This document shows positions 22,049 through 33,814 of a DNA stretch of 64,000 nucleotides, piece after piece. Source of the stretch: Calditrichia bacterium. GTDB lineage: Bacteria; Calditrichota; Calditrichia; JAJRVZ01. The translations under genes were made by a program, and so were the position numbers. Numbering within the stretch: the stretch's first letter is position 1; every line of letters begins with the position of its first letter. The notes beneath the pieces were generated by a model. It was given only the letters and a program-made list of their open reading frames with translations, was not told the DNA's origin and searched no databases. The stretch covers positions 64,001 to 128,000 of the forward strand of contig CAWCNS010000002.1 of NCBI GenBank assembly GCA_963796965.1, given 5' to 3'.

Positions 22049-24509
22049 CTAAATTATTTTTACAACAACAGCCGACATGTCATCATGCTGTGCCTGCCCC
22101 CGGCTGAATCTGTTAACTTCTGAGTATAATTCGTGTAGTATCTTTTCAGCAGTATTATCTGCATTGCGGTTTAGACAATCCTGTAATTTATCTTCACCAA
22201 ATTCTTCACCCAATTTATTTCTGGCTTCAGTCAATCCATCTGTATAAAATAAAATAATATCTCCACTTTTTATTTCAATTTTGACCTCTTGCATCATTTT
22301 ATTAAAAAGTGTACCCTTTTCAAGGCCTAATGCCAAACCCTGAGTTTTGATGACTTTAATTTCTTCTTTACTTTTTTGGAACATCATTACTGGATTATGT
22401 CCCGATCTGGCTAAAACCAGGGTTCTATCTTCCATATCAAAGACACCATAAGCCATACTTATAAAAGCATCCCTTTTAGCATTCTCGAAGAATAGAACAT
22501 TAAGTCTCTTTTAATAACTCAGCAGGTGAATTAACAGTTCTGGAGAGAGCTTTTAAGAAGCCTTTTACTAGCGTCATATAAAAAGCAGCACGTGTTCCCT
22601 TACCTGATACATCACCTATAACAACACCAATTTTCTTTGTAGCGATTTTTACAAAATCGAAATAATCACCCCCAACATCTAAGGCTGGAATACATTGAGA
22701 TGCAATATCTAATCCTGGAATTATTGGAATATGAGCCGGGAGAAAACTTGTTTGAACATCCCTGGCGATTTTTAGTTCCTGCTGCATTCGCTGCCGTTCA
22801 TTTATGAATTTTGATAGTGCTGGTTCAATTTTACTAAAGTCGTTCACCCTATCTCTAGAAAAAATTGTTACGATTGCATACCCACACAACAATCCAAAAA
22901 CTATCATTAGGAATGTCCATGAATTTTGTAAAAAGGGCTCATTCGTCCAGGCATAAGATAATGCCACATCCAGTACCCGATACGTCATTAAGGAGACAAA
23001 CGCCGTGAGTAAATCATAGCGGAAGAAACCCCATAATAATACTGAAACAGCAACGGACTTAATTAATAACCCAAAATAAAGGGGTTGAATCTGTCCAGCC
23101 ATTACTATCGCCAGGGGGATAGATGAAAGAACGATCGCCAGCTTTCCTTTTCCGGTTTTCTTATAAAGAAGTGACATAATCAATAAAAAATTGATTGACA
23201 ATACATACATATCGGACCAGAAACTGTGACTTAGGATAAATAGGGCAGGATTTTTTGATGCAAACATATCCTGAATATATTCACTGGTAGTGAATGTCGA
23301 TAATGTCGACACATGGGAAAAAAGCCAGGTTAGTCCCATAAATATTAATAACGCCAACGAACCCAGAGCAAATCCCCTCAAGATTCCTTCACCCAATTTA
23401 GAATGAAAAAGGTGTCCCTTCATCAGAAGATCTAAGGGGATAAACTTATCTCGCCAGGTTTCACGACCCACAGATTCACTAACGGCCCAGGTAACTACAA
23501 ATGTCCCTGCCAGAAACACGGGGCCCAGCATAATCAGAAGTAAAAGTTGCCATTCTTCCGATCGGCTTACTAAAAAAAACATCTCAATAGCATAAAGAAC
23601 AAGCATAATAAAACCAAGGATCATGGCAAGATGAAATCTAATCTCAAAAGCCCGGCTCTTCTTAAAAGCCAGTATACTTATTGTTGTAGCAATTATGATT
23701 ATAAACAGGGCCAATAACATACCCGAAAACATCTCATCCCATTCATCATTTTCGTCCAGGACATAATCAATATTGAACTCTGCTATCTGCCCCCCTGTTA
23801 CTGTTGCCGTAATTTCTATATCTTTGTCAACTTCTTCGTTCGCTCCTAACCATTTAAAATCAAAAGATTTTGGCAAAATGGGCTGTGTACTGAGGCGTTC
23901 TCTCCTTTTTATTTCTCCTCTATCCAATGAGGGTTCTACACTAACTTTATTGTCGATTAAGGTTGCCTGCCTCAATTTTATTTGAGGAGCAAATTGTTGT
24001 GCAAAGTCACTAACGACAATCTTTGCCTGAATGATATCTAACCTGTTGAACTTTAATGAATCTGCAATTTCTCTACTGAAATAAATTAAATTTCCATGGG
24101 TATCAAATTTAAAGTGCAATCCATCTTTCACCTTTGCAGTAGATTCAGAGTTGCCAACATCCTTACTTTCTGATATGATCTCTAATTCTTCTTTGCCTTT
24201 CCACTCAAGATCCCACCAAAAGCCAGGTACGACTTCACGAAGGAATTGATTTCCTTTTTCTAAACCATATTCTTCCTGAATCTCCCGGATTAATTTATTA
24301 TCATTGTTAAGTTTCATATCCAGATGATAATTATAAAGGTCTACTGCATATTTGGAGGCCAGTTCATTTGCCTTTGAGATGATTTGTTCCCGGTCTATTG
24401 AGAATTTCAATGCACCAAAACTATTTGAAGCGGGGTAAATAAGAAATGAAAAATAAGTACAAAGGATTATAACGGAAAAAGAAACAATTATTAATCGCCA
24501 TTTCTGCAT
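22049..24509 (-). CDS. Membrane-bound PP2C/SpoIIE (RsbU-like) phosphatase (frameshift near 22505)
   Basis: N-terminal TM, periplasmic domain and multi-TM region, then ELKIARDVQ, VGGDYFD, GDVSGKG, SGHNP, YTDGLTEA, DDMS. Confidence 0.88.
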
Positions 24510-24658
24510 AAAAAATCCTGTAATTTGTATTAATGAATAGGGGATAATGTATCATACGTGATAATTATTAGCAATGATTCAATTAAATTATTGTAAAATA
24601 GATTATTTATTAATGAATCCTAAATAGTAAATTATAAAGTAAATCGGAAGATATAGAA

Positions 24659-25273
24659 ATGACAAAAAAACGAAGTTGGTATGATGGCTGGTTCTACGCT
24701 CAGTTCATAGACAGACAAAAATCACGTTTTCGCAAAAAAATAGTAAAATCTATACCAGCAGGACAAAGAGTATTGGACATTGGTTGTGGGACAGGTGGAC
24801 TCTCTCTGGATATGGCTGAAGAAGCAAAGTATGTCCTGGGAATTGATATTTCTGGCTTACAAATCGATGTGGCAAATCAGCGAAAAACGAAAATTAAACA
24901 AAATAACCTTGAATTTAGACAAGCCGATGCAAAAAATTTAAATGGAATAGTTGAAACAAACTTTGACTTTGCTACCATCATTCTGATTATCCATGAAGTT
25001 TCACCAGATGAAAGATTATCTATTCTTATCGAGGCAAAAAAGTATACTAAAAAGGTCCTCATTCTGGACTATGCAGAAACAATTTCTTTTAGCTTCTGGG
25101 GCATAGGTACCTACTTGATAGAATTTTTTGCAGGACGTTTACACTTTACTAATTTCAGGGACTATCTAAGAAATGGGGGTATAGTACCTCTTTTGGAGAA
25201 AGCGGGATATAAAATTGATAATAGCCGGGTAGATCGCTCTGGAATATTCAGATTTGTAACGGCGGTAAATTAA
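24659..25273 (+). CDS. Class I SAM-dependent methyltransferase
   Basis: VLDIGCGTG, GIDIS, FRQADA. Confidence 0.85.
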   Translation: MTKKRSWYDGWFYAQFIDRQKSRFRKKIVKSIPAGQRVLDIGCGTGGLSLDMAEEAKYVLGIDISGLQIDVANQRKTKIKQNNLEFRQADAKNLNGIVETNFDFATIILIIHEVSPDERLSILIEAKKYTKKVLILDYAETISFSFWGIGTYLIEFFAGRLHFTNFRDYLRNGGIVPLLEKAGYKIDNSRVDRSGIFRFVTAVN

Positions 25274-25275
25274 AA

Positions 25276-25299
25276 TCCCCCTCCCGGATGGGAGGGGGA
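25276..25299. terminator. GC-rich hairpin between convergent genes, probable terminator
   Basis: TCCCCCTCCC-GGAT-GGGAGGGGGA. Confidence 0.65.
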
Positions 25300-25323
25300 A
25301 AACTGTTTAATCCATTGACAGAA

Positions 25324-26352
25324 TTAAAGATTATGCATCTGGTAATTGGCCTCTTCTTTAAGTTTTGTTATCTGGCTTCCAATTATCTCTCTTTCTTTTT
25401 CTTTCTTGACTTGTTGTTGAATCTCAGCTTTTATTTCTTCAAAACTTCTGGTTTCACTCTTACGATTAACAATCTTCAAAATATGATAACCAAATTGGGT
25501 TTCTACAAGATCACTCACCTCTCCAATTGGAACAGTAAATGCAGCATCCTCAAAAGCTTTTACCATGGCACCCCGTTCAAAATCCTCATACAGTCCGCCA
25601 TTATCCTTTGATCCGGGGTCTTCAGAATAGGTTTTAGCCAATTGTGCAAAATCTTCACCTTTTTTGGCACGGGCAAGAATTTTTTTCATTTTTTTATAAA
25701 CAGCTTGCTTTTCAGCTTCCGATTTTCCCCGGGTCTCCATCAGGATATGCCTTACAGATGCAGTCCGATCTTTCTGGATAAGACGTCTGTAGCGACTCTG
25801 CAATTCCTCTTCATCCACAGGTACCTCTTCAGAAATAACTTTATCGAGATATTTTTCGATCGTATACCCATTGGCTATATCTTCCTTTACCACCTCTATG
25901 GAAATACCGTTTTTGTCTATATACTGCATAAACTTTTCCTCACCACCCACATGGCCAAACTGAACTTGCAGTAAACTGTCCACAATCTCAGGACTGGCTT
26001 TTATACCCTTCCCACCGGCAGCAGTTAACAATAATTTTTGTTCTCCAATTTTTGTGGCATTTCCCTCAATAATTTGTTTAACATTAACTGCGTCCATTTT
26101 TTTCAGCTCAGCAACCCGCGGTCCAAAATTTTTTACGAGGGCTTCCATCACCTCCCCTGTTGTGATATCAAACTCATCAGAACTAATAATAACCTTATTG
26201 CTATCCGGATCTACAGATGGGATAACAGCAGTAAGTTCCTTGGCAAGTGTATAAGTTGGGGTTCCCGGTTCTAATGTAACTTTCTCTTGTTTCGACGAAC
26301 ACGATATCATGAAAAAAGTGAGAGTCAACATCCAAATCATAAAGATCTTCAT
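25324..26352 (-). CDS. Parvulin-type peptidyl-prolyl isomerase lipoprotein (PrsA/SurA-like)
   Basis: ISC lipobox, SurA-N-like helices, VRHIL, FAQLAKTYSED, MVKAFEDAAF, TQFGYHIL. Confidence 0.9.
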   Translation of the reverse strand: MKIFMIWMLTLTFFMISCSSKQEKVTLEPGTPTYTLAKELTAVIPSVDPDSNKVIISSDEFDITTGEVMEALVKNFGPRVAELKKMDAVNVKQIIEGNATKIGEQKLLLTAAGGKGIKASPEIVDSLLQVQFGHVGGEEKFMQYIDKNGISIEVVKEDIANGYTIEKYLDKVISEEVPVDEEELQSRYRRLIQKDRTASVRHILMETRGKSEAEKQAVYKKMKKILARAKKGEDFAQLAKTYSEDPGSKDNGGLYEDFERGAMVKAFEDAAFTVPIGEVSDLVETQFGYHILKIVNRKSETRSFEEIKAEIQQQVKKEKEREIIGSQITKLKEEANYQMHNL

Positions 26353-26590
26353 AATTACTCCAATTAAAATATAGAACAATTGACGCCAGCAAATGTGTAA
26401 ACCCTGGAATTTTAGCAGATTTTTTGAAATAGAATCAACCAGGCTTACACAAGTGACATCTTCATTTATTAGCAGAATTTTTAACTAAGCAATAAAGTTA
26501 CTTAAAGAATTGTGAACATCAAAATATTTTCCTCATTGAATTAGGTCGAGATTCTTTTTATTTTGTTTAATTACTAAACAGAGGATTAAT

Positions 26591-27394
26591 GTGATTAAGA
26601 AGTGGCAGTCTAAGATACATGAGTTTATCTTCGAAGCAGACACTCCAGCCGGTAGGATGTTTGACATTGTTCTTATAATCGCCATTATGCTAAGTGTTAT
26701 CGCCGTAATGCTGGACAGTGTAAAAGCAATAAATATTCATTATGGAGAGGCTCTATATGCAATTGAATGGTTTTTCACCATCTTATTTACGATTGAATAT
26801 CTGCTTCGATTGATGAGCGTGGGCAAACCACTTAAATATGCAACCAGCTTTTTTGGCCTTATTGATCTTTTTGCTTTTCTTCCCACATATTTTTCATTAC
26901 TGTTCCCGGGAAGCCAATATTTTTTAGTCATTCGTCTACTACGTGTTCTTAGAATATTTCGTGTACTTAAACTTGTACGATTTCTCAAGGAAGCACGATT
27001 TCTCTTGCAGGCATTACGAGCCAGTAGTCGAAAAATATTAATTTTCTTTTTTACCGTTCTTACCCTGGTTGTCATCTTTGGATCACTCATGTATGTTATT
27101 GAAAATGAAACGGACGGTTTTACCAGTATTCCCAAAAGTATCTACTGGGCCATTGTGACACTCACAACTGTCGGCTATGGGGATATCTCACCCAAAACCC
27201 CTATCGGGCAGTCTTTAGCAGCGATAATCATGATTCTTGGATATAGCATTATTGCTGTTCCAACTGGAATTGTCACCGTAGAGATTGCTCAGCAATATAA
27301 AGAACAGGTCAGTACACAGTGTTGTCCGCAATGTTCTGCTGAAGGCCATGATCATGATGCAAAACACTGTAAATATTGTGGCTCAAAACTTTAA
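26591..27394 (+). CDS. 6TM voltage-gated potassium channel with C-terminal zinc ribbon
   Basis: S4 RLLRVLRIFRVLKL, filter TTVGYGD, CPQC..CKYC. Confidence 0.93.
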   Translation: MIKKWQSKIHEFIFEADTPAGRMFDIVLIIAIMLSVIAVMLDSVKAINIHYGEALYAIEWFFTILFTIEYLLRLMSVGKPLKYATSFFGLIDLFAFLPTYFSLLFPGSQYFLVIRLLRVLRIFRVLKLVRFLKEARFLLQALRASSRKILIFFFTVLTLVVIFGSLMYVIENETDGFTSIPKSIYWAIVTLTTVGYGDISPKTPIGQSLAAIIMILGYSIIAVPTGIVTVEIAQQYKEQVSTQCCPQCSAEGHDHDAKHCKYCGSKL

Positions 27395-27496
27395 CTATCA
27401 ACTTGGAAGACCATCCACCAGGTATATCCTCAAAAAATTTAATAATTAAATGTGTTGAGAATTGTGAGAGCTCTCTCAAAATTTCCCGGAGGAAAA

Positions 27497-28730
27497 ATGA
27501 AAATTTTGGCTCATATACTAATTAACATCTGCTTTGTAATGGTTTTTTCTTCATCCGATTTAAAAGCCTGTACAACAGCCATCATCAGCGGGAAATATAC
27601 AACTGATGGAAGACCTCTGCTATACAAACATCGTGATTCGGGTTTCTATCAAAATAAATTGATGTACTTTAAAGATGGAGCCTATGAATATATTGGTTTG
27701 GTCAATTCAGAGGATGTTGAAGGTATAGAAGTATGGTCCGGATCAAACAGCGCGGGTTTTGCTATAATGAATTCAGGCTTCTTATAACCTCAATACTAAG
27801 GATACAACGAAACTTAAGGACCAGGAAGGGATAATTATGAAGGAAGCCCTCCGTTCTTGTGCTACCCTTGCGGATTTTGAAGAACTTTTACAAAATTGGC
27901 CAAAACCGATGGGTGTTGAATCAAATTTTGGTGTGATTGATGCAGAAGGTGGTGCGGCCTATTATGAAACCACTAATTTTTCATTTAAAAAAATTGATGC
28001 TAATGATCCCATTATCGCACCCTTTGGATATATTATTCGTACCAATTATTCCTTCACTGGTACTCCTGATAATGGCTATGGTTATATTCGCTATTTAACG
28101 GCCAACGATTTGATTTATAATGCCGCTGGACAGAATACTTTAAACTATAAGTTTTTACTACAAAAAGTTAGCAGAAGTTTAAATCATTCCTTACTTAAGT
28201 TGGACTTAACAAAAATTCCCTGGAAAGCAGAAGCTGATAAACATTTTGTAACATTTGAAGATTATATTCCGCGTCAAAGTACTGTTACCGTGATGGTGGT
28301 TCAAGGCGTAAAGAAAAACGAGTCTGTCGATTTAACAACCATTTGGACCGTTTTGGGATTTCCTCTATGTTCGATAGTTGTTCCCACATGGGTATCGGGT
28401 GGTGAGGGTATTCCTTCTCTATTAACAGCAAATCAAACCGGAAATGCCCCTCTCTGCCAAATGGCTCTCGATTTAAAGGGAAAATGTTTTCCAATAAAAC
28501 GGGGTTCCGGTAAACGTTATATCAATCTCGCAGCTCTCTACAATTTGAATCAGAGTGGGATTATGCAAAAATTGCCCATGCTTGAAAACAGCATAATTTC
28601 ACAGACAGGAAATAGTTTAGCACAATGGCGATCGTCCGGGATGAAACAAAGAGAAATAGAGGATTTGTATGAGGAAGTTTCTGAGCAGATAATAAAATTT
28701 TATTCGGAAAATTTTGATGTGGATTATTGA
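27497..28730 (+). CDS. Exported Ntn-hydrolase (C45/C69-like, N-terminal Cys) (frameshift near 27780)
   Basis: Signal peptide then CTTAIISG..DGRPLLYKHRD, NSAGFAIMN, NFGVID, RTN. Confidence 0.8.
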
Positions 28731-28754
28731 GTCGAATACCGATCAAAACTAAAC

Positions 28755-30557
28755 TTATAGTTCTGCATCTTTCTTCGTTTTGCTCGTTATCTTATCTTCA
28801 TATTGAATAAAGTCTTCCAGGTCTTCTATTAACATGGGTTTGCTAAAAAGAAAACCTTGATATTTGTAACATTTTTGCATACTCAGGATATCAAGATGTT
28901 GCATCCGCTCAACCCCTTCGGCGATAATCTCCTTGTTCAGATTCTTTCCAAGAGTTAGAATGGCTTTAACAAATGCTTCATGTTCTTCACTCATATGCAT
29001 ATCGGAAATAAAGGATCGGTCAATCTTAATAGTTGAGGCTGGAATTTTTTGAAGGTACGCGAGTGAAGCATAGCCAACACCAAAATCATCGATGGCAATT
29101 TTACAGCCCATATCTTCCAATTCTTTTATACGATCGATGATAGCCACTTGCTTATCAAGATAAGCGGTTTCTGTGAACTCCAATTGCAAATTTGCGGGAT
29201 TAATTCCCGTTTCACGTATCACCTTTTTCAGATTATCTACCACATCTGCATATCTTAATTGTTTAGCAGAAAAATTTACTGAAACATAGAGGGGTCTTTT
29301 AAATCGTTCATTTAGTTTTTTAAGATCAAGACAACCCTTCCGTAGCACCCATTCTCCAATATAATTTATCAAATCCGTTTTCTCTGCAATGGGGATAAAT
29401 TTATCAGGAGAGACAAATCCCAGTTCTTCATTTTGCCATCGAATCAAGGCTTCCGCCCCTATAATTTTAAAATTACCATTTCGCTTTTTTTCAATAATAG
29501 GTTGGTAATGGAGGACAAATTCTTCTTCATATTTTTGGCCATTAACGATCCTACGTAAATTATTTTCGACTTTAAGACGTTCTAATGACTGGGCTGTCAT
29601 CGCTTCGGAAAAAAAACGAAAGTTATTTTTTCCATTCTTTTTTGCATTGTACATGGCCGTATCGGCCCTTTTTACAAGCAACTCACGCTCAGATCCGTCC
29701 CGGGGAAATATGACAATACCCGTACTTACAGTCAGATAGTTTATCTTATGAGTGCCAATTTCATAGGGTAATGCAAGATTTTTAATTAATTTTTCAGCAA
29801 TGTCCCCTGCTTCATAATCATGATTTAAATTTTTAACCAAAACAGTGAACTCATCTCCCCCCAGACGAAATACAAAATCAGATTTCCTTAGACATGTCAT
29901 CATCCTGTTGGCAACCTCCCTCAACACATTATCCCCAACATCATGTCCCAGAGAATCATTCACCAACTTGAAATTATCCAGATCACAAAAAAGGACAGCT
30001 GAGAGAAATTCATCCGTTTTACGTTCAGATTCGTATACAACCTGGTCAAGCTCCTGGTAAAATGCCTCACGGTTTCTTAAACCCGTAACTTTATCATGAT
30101 AAGCTAAAAATTTTAATTCCTGCTGTGAATGGATCACAGCCGTCATATTATCTCCAAAAAGGTGGACTTCCGATAAATTTTCAGGATTGCCGTTTTCAAA
30201 GACTGGTTGAAAAGATCTTTTATAATACAATGTTTTATTGGTATCGGAGAATATTAATTTTTCAGTAAATCTTACCGTTTTTTTATCCTGAATTACCCGT
30301 TCGAACATCTCTTTTCGTTTTGCAACACATTCAGAATTAATACCAACTTTGTCAAAATAAAATTCATCATTCTCACCAATAATTTGCTCCCGAACTTCGT
30401 CCTCTCGAATATATTTCGAATTGGCAAATTTATATCTACCAGATAAATCAAAAATAGCAAATTCGGTCGGTAAATTTTGGAAAAATTCATAATTCAAACC
30501 AGTCTCTGTCCTACCAGAACCAAGCCATTTTATAATTTTTGTGTGAAAGGAAGACAT
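28755..30557 (-). CDS. PAS-GGDEF-EAL c-di-GMP cyclase/phosphodiesterase
   Basis: HDKVTGL, RLGGDEF, EALIRW, DDFGVGY, AEGVE, QG all intact. Confidence 0.93.
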   Translation of the reverse strand: MSSFHTKIIKWLGSGRTETGLNYEFFQNLPTEFAIFDLSGRYKFANSKYIREDEVREQIIGENDEFYFDKVGINSECVAKRKEMFERVIQDKKTVRFTEKLIFSDTNKTLYYKRSFQPVFENGNPENLSEVHLFGDNMTAVIHSQQELKFLAYHDKVTGLRNREAFYQELDQVVYESERKTDEFLSAVLFCDLDNFKLVNDSLGHDVGDNVLREVANRMMTCLRKSDFVFRLGGDEFTVLVKNLNHDYEAGDIAEKLIKNLALPYEIGTHKINYLTVSTGIVIFPRDGSERELLVKRADTAMYNAKKNGKNNFRFFSEAMTAQSLERLKVENNLRRIVNGQKYEEEFVLHYQPIIEKKRNGNFKIIGAEALIRWQNEELGFVSPDKFIPIAEKTDLINYIGEWVLRKGCLDLKKLNERFKRPLYVSVNFSAKQLRYADVVDNLKKVIRETGINPANLQLEFTETAYLDKQVAIIDRIKELEDMGCKIAIDDFGVGYASLAYLQKIPASTIKIDRSFISDMHMSEEHEAFVKAILTLGKNLNKEIIAEGVERMQHLDILSMQKCYKYQGFLFSKPMLIEDLEDFIQYEDKITSKTKKDAEL

Positions 30558-30789
30558 AAATTTTTACTCGATTTTCTTTCGTTAGTTCGAATGTGTTAAA
30601 AATGACAAATTAATATAAAAAAAGCAGCCATCAGACATTATCGTCATGTTATTAGAGCCCCTTCTTAAATAATTAATAAAATTTTAATCTAATCAATTAA
30701 AGAATAACTTAATACAACGTGTTTAAACTATTTATTATTTTAAGATTTAAATTGAGGCCGGAAATATTCACGTTTCCTGTTTTCCTCTA

Positions 30790-30816
30790 TTATCGGAGTG
30801 ATCAGGACTTTCTTTA
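30790..30816 (-). promoter_or_regulatory. Putative sigma-28 promoter of the GGDEF-EAL gene
   Basis: Minus strand reads TAAA-N15-TCCGATAA. Confidence 0.55.
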
Positions 30817-30882
30817 CATAAACATATATATTACATACAGATAAATTAGAAACTTTGTGCAAAAGATGTTACTATATAAATG

Positions 30883-30920
30883 AAAAAGAAGAGATATCTT
30901 TGCAGATATCTCTTCTTTTA
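30883..30920. terminator. Intrinsic terminator downstream of the VIT-vWA gene
   Basis: AAAAAGAAGAGATATCT-TTGC-AGATATCTCTTCTTTTA. Confidence 0.75.
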
Positions 30921-30989
30921 TTCCTATTTTTTTAGTTGCTATTCCTGTGATGAAAGGTATATCTCGAGATCAATGCTTCTAATGTCAAT

Positions 30990-33341
30990 TTAGGTTTCAA
31001 GTTTAAAGTCAACCACCACTTTTTCCCCTTCCCTAATCGGCCTGGAGGTGAATTGCCAGGAACTAATTATGGTTTTAAAACATTCTGCAATTGAATTTTC
31101 AGATATTTCGTTTTTGACAATTTTAAATTCTTTAACATTGCCACTGGAATCAAGGGTAATTTCTATTACAAGTTTCCCTCCCTTACCCGGTGTGGGAGAA
31201 TTTTGATAGCATTCTTTGAGATCGCTGATATTGATATTTACCAAACTACGTAGTTCTCTTTCTAAGGCAGAATTCGATGAATATACCTGATCCAATACGA
31301 CCTGATCCTTTTGTGATTCCGCCTTTTTAACTTTTTCCTCTTGTGCATCCGATTCTGACAAAGCTGGCGCGACCCTATAATGGCTTGTTTTCCTCAATAC
31401 TCCGGGGCTACCCGGCCCTTTGCCTGAGCCTGAATAACCTGCGAGAGCCATATTTGAAACACCATGTGGCAATGGTAAGGGTTGCTGCACTGTTACCGTC
31501 TCCCCCTCCATTGTTCTAATCTCTGAATCCACTCCAACAAATGAGGTATATTCAGTCAATAAATTATAGGTAAGTCCCAATTTTGTTATTTGTTCAACCA
31601 ATTCTTCATTTGATGAAACCTGATTGTAATCATTTAACATGGCAATTTTATATCTCGCCCAAAGATACATAAGAGCAGCATTTTTCTCTGAGGCCTCATA
31701 ATCAGCTAATTTGATTTGCCTGGTAAATGACTTTCCGCCGCCACCCATTCCATTAACCCGAATAGATCCAGTCAAACTTCCCCGCCATTTCCCAAATATC
31801 AACACTGGCCGCTCAGCCAGAACGTCAGGAATACTTCGTGGCTCTACATCATAAGTATCTAATCCATCAATAGAATAAGAGATATTGGTTAGAACAGGCG
31901 TTGAAATATATTCACGAAATTTATCTGCTTCAGCATTTGCATTATTTGCATTTGTAATCACAAAAGATTCACCCATTCCTGCTCTGGCCATTCCCTCAAT
32001 GAGAAAGCGGTTAACACTTGATCCAATTCCAAAGGCAAACATATTTGCCTCTCCCAGATTGTTACGTATCAGGTCAAAAGCCTGCTTTTCGACATTCACA
32101 TAACCATCTGTGGCAATAACAATCGTCCTGGAATAATTATACTGCTTTGGAAGAGCAAGGGCTCTTTTTAAGGCTGGTAATAATTCAGTTCCCCCGCCAC
32201 CTCGTTCCTTATCAATAAGGCGAATGGCTTTTCCGATATTTTCTTCTGATGCTGAAAGGGAATGTTCTGCCAAAACACTTGATCCGGCTGCAAATAACAG
32301 TACATTAAAACGATCAGAGGGGCGGAGATTTCCTATAAGATCACGCAATAATTTTTTAGATATATCAAGCGGAAAGCCATTCATTGAGCCTGATACATCA
32401 ACTATAAATATATATTCTCTTCCGGGAATTTGTTCTGGTCTGACTCTTTTAGGCGGTTGTAACATCATAAGAAAAAAGTTTTCCTTGTCACCCTCAAAAA
32501 GTAACAAGCCGGGTCTGATTATTTCCCCGGCCAATCTGTATTTAAGAATAAAGTCCCGATTTCCGGAATTCTTTGCGGTTGAAGTAAGATTAACCTGAGC
32601 CTTATCCTTACTAAGATAGGTAATATCTACATCATGAGAAGGGGAAGAAATTTCTTTTATTGGTAACCCGGCGGATAACGTAACACCCATATCAAAGATA
32701 TAGGTGGGAGCTGCGCCAGCATTGAGATAAGGATTTTCAACCCAACGGTCGTTATTAGACGATTCCGATTGCGATTGGTTTGAATAGCGAGGTCCAACAA
32801 CCGTGGGGTATATAAATTCGTACATCTGGTTTTCTGATAATAGCAACTCTGTATAATACAACTCAACCTTTATCTCATCACCTGGGAGAATATTACCGAC
32901 ATTCATTTGGAATACATTTGGACGCTGTTGTTCTAATAATGAAGCCGTGCGCCCTTCGGTCAGAGCCTGCATATATTCTGCCCGGGCTTTTTCCCGTTCT
33001 TCAATCTTAGCCTGGATTACACGTTCGCCAACGGTCATTTTCATTGCATAGACAGCAGCCCGCGTCGAAGCGGGAAATATATAAATCGCTTCGAGCTTTG
33101 ATTGACCTTCGTTCCTATATAATTGTGTTACTTTTACATCAGCTATAACCCCACTGATATCAACTGAGGTCGTGGTCTCTTTCAATGGCAGTTGATCAAC
33201 CGATGCATTCTCACTCTGAATATAAAAGAAAGGAGCTAAAGTATTATCCTTGACGTTCTCTTCCGGAACTTGTCCAAATAATGGAATGAGGAAAAGGGTA
33301 AAAGTAAAAATGACTGAGGTTAAAAATAAATATCGTGACAT
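30990..33341 (-). CDS. Exported VIT + vWA protein with C-terminal AgmX/PglI (TonB_C-like) domain
   Basis: Signal peptide; VIT (LEAIYIFP, NVGNILPG); MIDAS DVSGS, GGTE, TDG; tail LKECYQ..GKLVIEITLD..G.V..ECF..WQF. Confidence 0.85.
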   Translation of the reverse strand: MSRYLFLTSVIFTFTLFLIPLFGQVPEENVKDNTLAPFFYIQSENASVDQLPLKETTTSVDISGVIADVKVTQLYRNEGQSKLEAIYIFPASTRAAVYAMKMTVGERVIQAKIEEREKARAEYMQALTEGRTASLLEQQRPNVFQMNVGNILPGDEIKVELYYTELLLSENQMYEFIYPTVVGPRYSNQSQSESSNNDRWVENPYLNAGAAPTYIFDMGVTLSAGLPIKEISSPSHDVDITYLSKDKAQVNLTSTAKNSGNRDFILKYRLAGEIIRPGLLLFEGDKENFFLMMLQPPKRVRPEQIPGREYIFIVDVSGSMNGFPLDISKKLLRDLIGNLRPSDRFNVLLFAAGSSVLAEHSLSASEENIGKAIRLIDKERGGGGTELLPALKRALALPKQYNYSRTIVIATDGYVNVEKQAFDLIRNNLGEANMFAFGIGSSVNRFLIEGMARAGMGESFVITNANNANAEADKFREYISTPVLTNISYSIDGLDTYDVEPRSIPDVLAERPVLIFGKWRGSLTGSIRVNGMGGGGKSFTRQIKLADYEASEKNAALMYLWARYKIAMLNDYNQVSSNEELVEQITKLGLTYNLLTEYTSFVGVDSEIRTMEGETVTVQQPLPLPHGVSNMALAGYSGSGKGPGSPGVLRKTSHYRVAPALSESDAQEEKVKKAESQKDQVVLDQVYSSNSALERELRSLVNINISDLKECYQNSPTPGKGGKLVIEITLDSSGNVKEFKIVKNEISENSIAECFKTIISSWQFTSRPIREGEKVVVDFKLET

Positions 33342-33643
33342 AATGTCCTCCGTTTAATTTGGTTTCTCTTTCTATCCATGTATTCAAAAAAAGTTAAAAA
33401 GGTAAATGAATATTTTTAGAAACCTGTGTTCTGGCAGATATTTAATTGTTCTGTATTAGCTATAATGTGTAACTTTTTGAATTGAATTCTTATAAGTAGA
33501 ATAAATGCCCGGGATTAGTGATACGACGCAATCTTAAGGTTATTTAACACACGAAAAAGAGTAGGTGATAAAAAGCATTTACGAATATTATATTAGTGAG
33601 GCATTATCAATTATTTCATGATCTAATTAATTGTTTATCCGAT

Positions 33644-33712
33644 TTCAAACACTAAGAACACAAAGGAATCGCAAAGTACACAAAGATAATATTCTTAAAA
33701 AAACTTTGTGTT
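33644..33712. repeat. Degenerate (CACAAAG/CGCAAAG) repeat element
   Basis: CACTAAG AA CACAAAG GAAT CGCAAAG TA CACAAAG followed by a CTTTGTG counterpart. Confidence 0.5.
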
Positions 33713-33814
33713 AAATCTATTTTTTACATCTGAACGGCCAGAGGAAATTGGGCTAAACACCTTTAATATCAAGCAATTACTCAACCTGATTTCCCTGAGG
33801 AGAATTTGAACATT

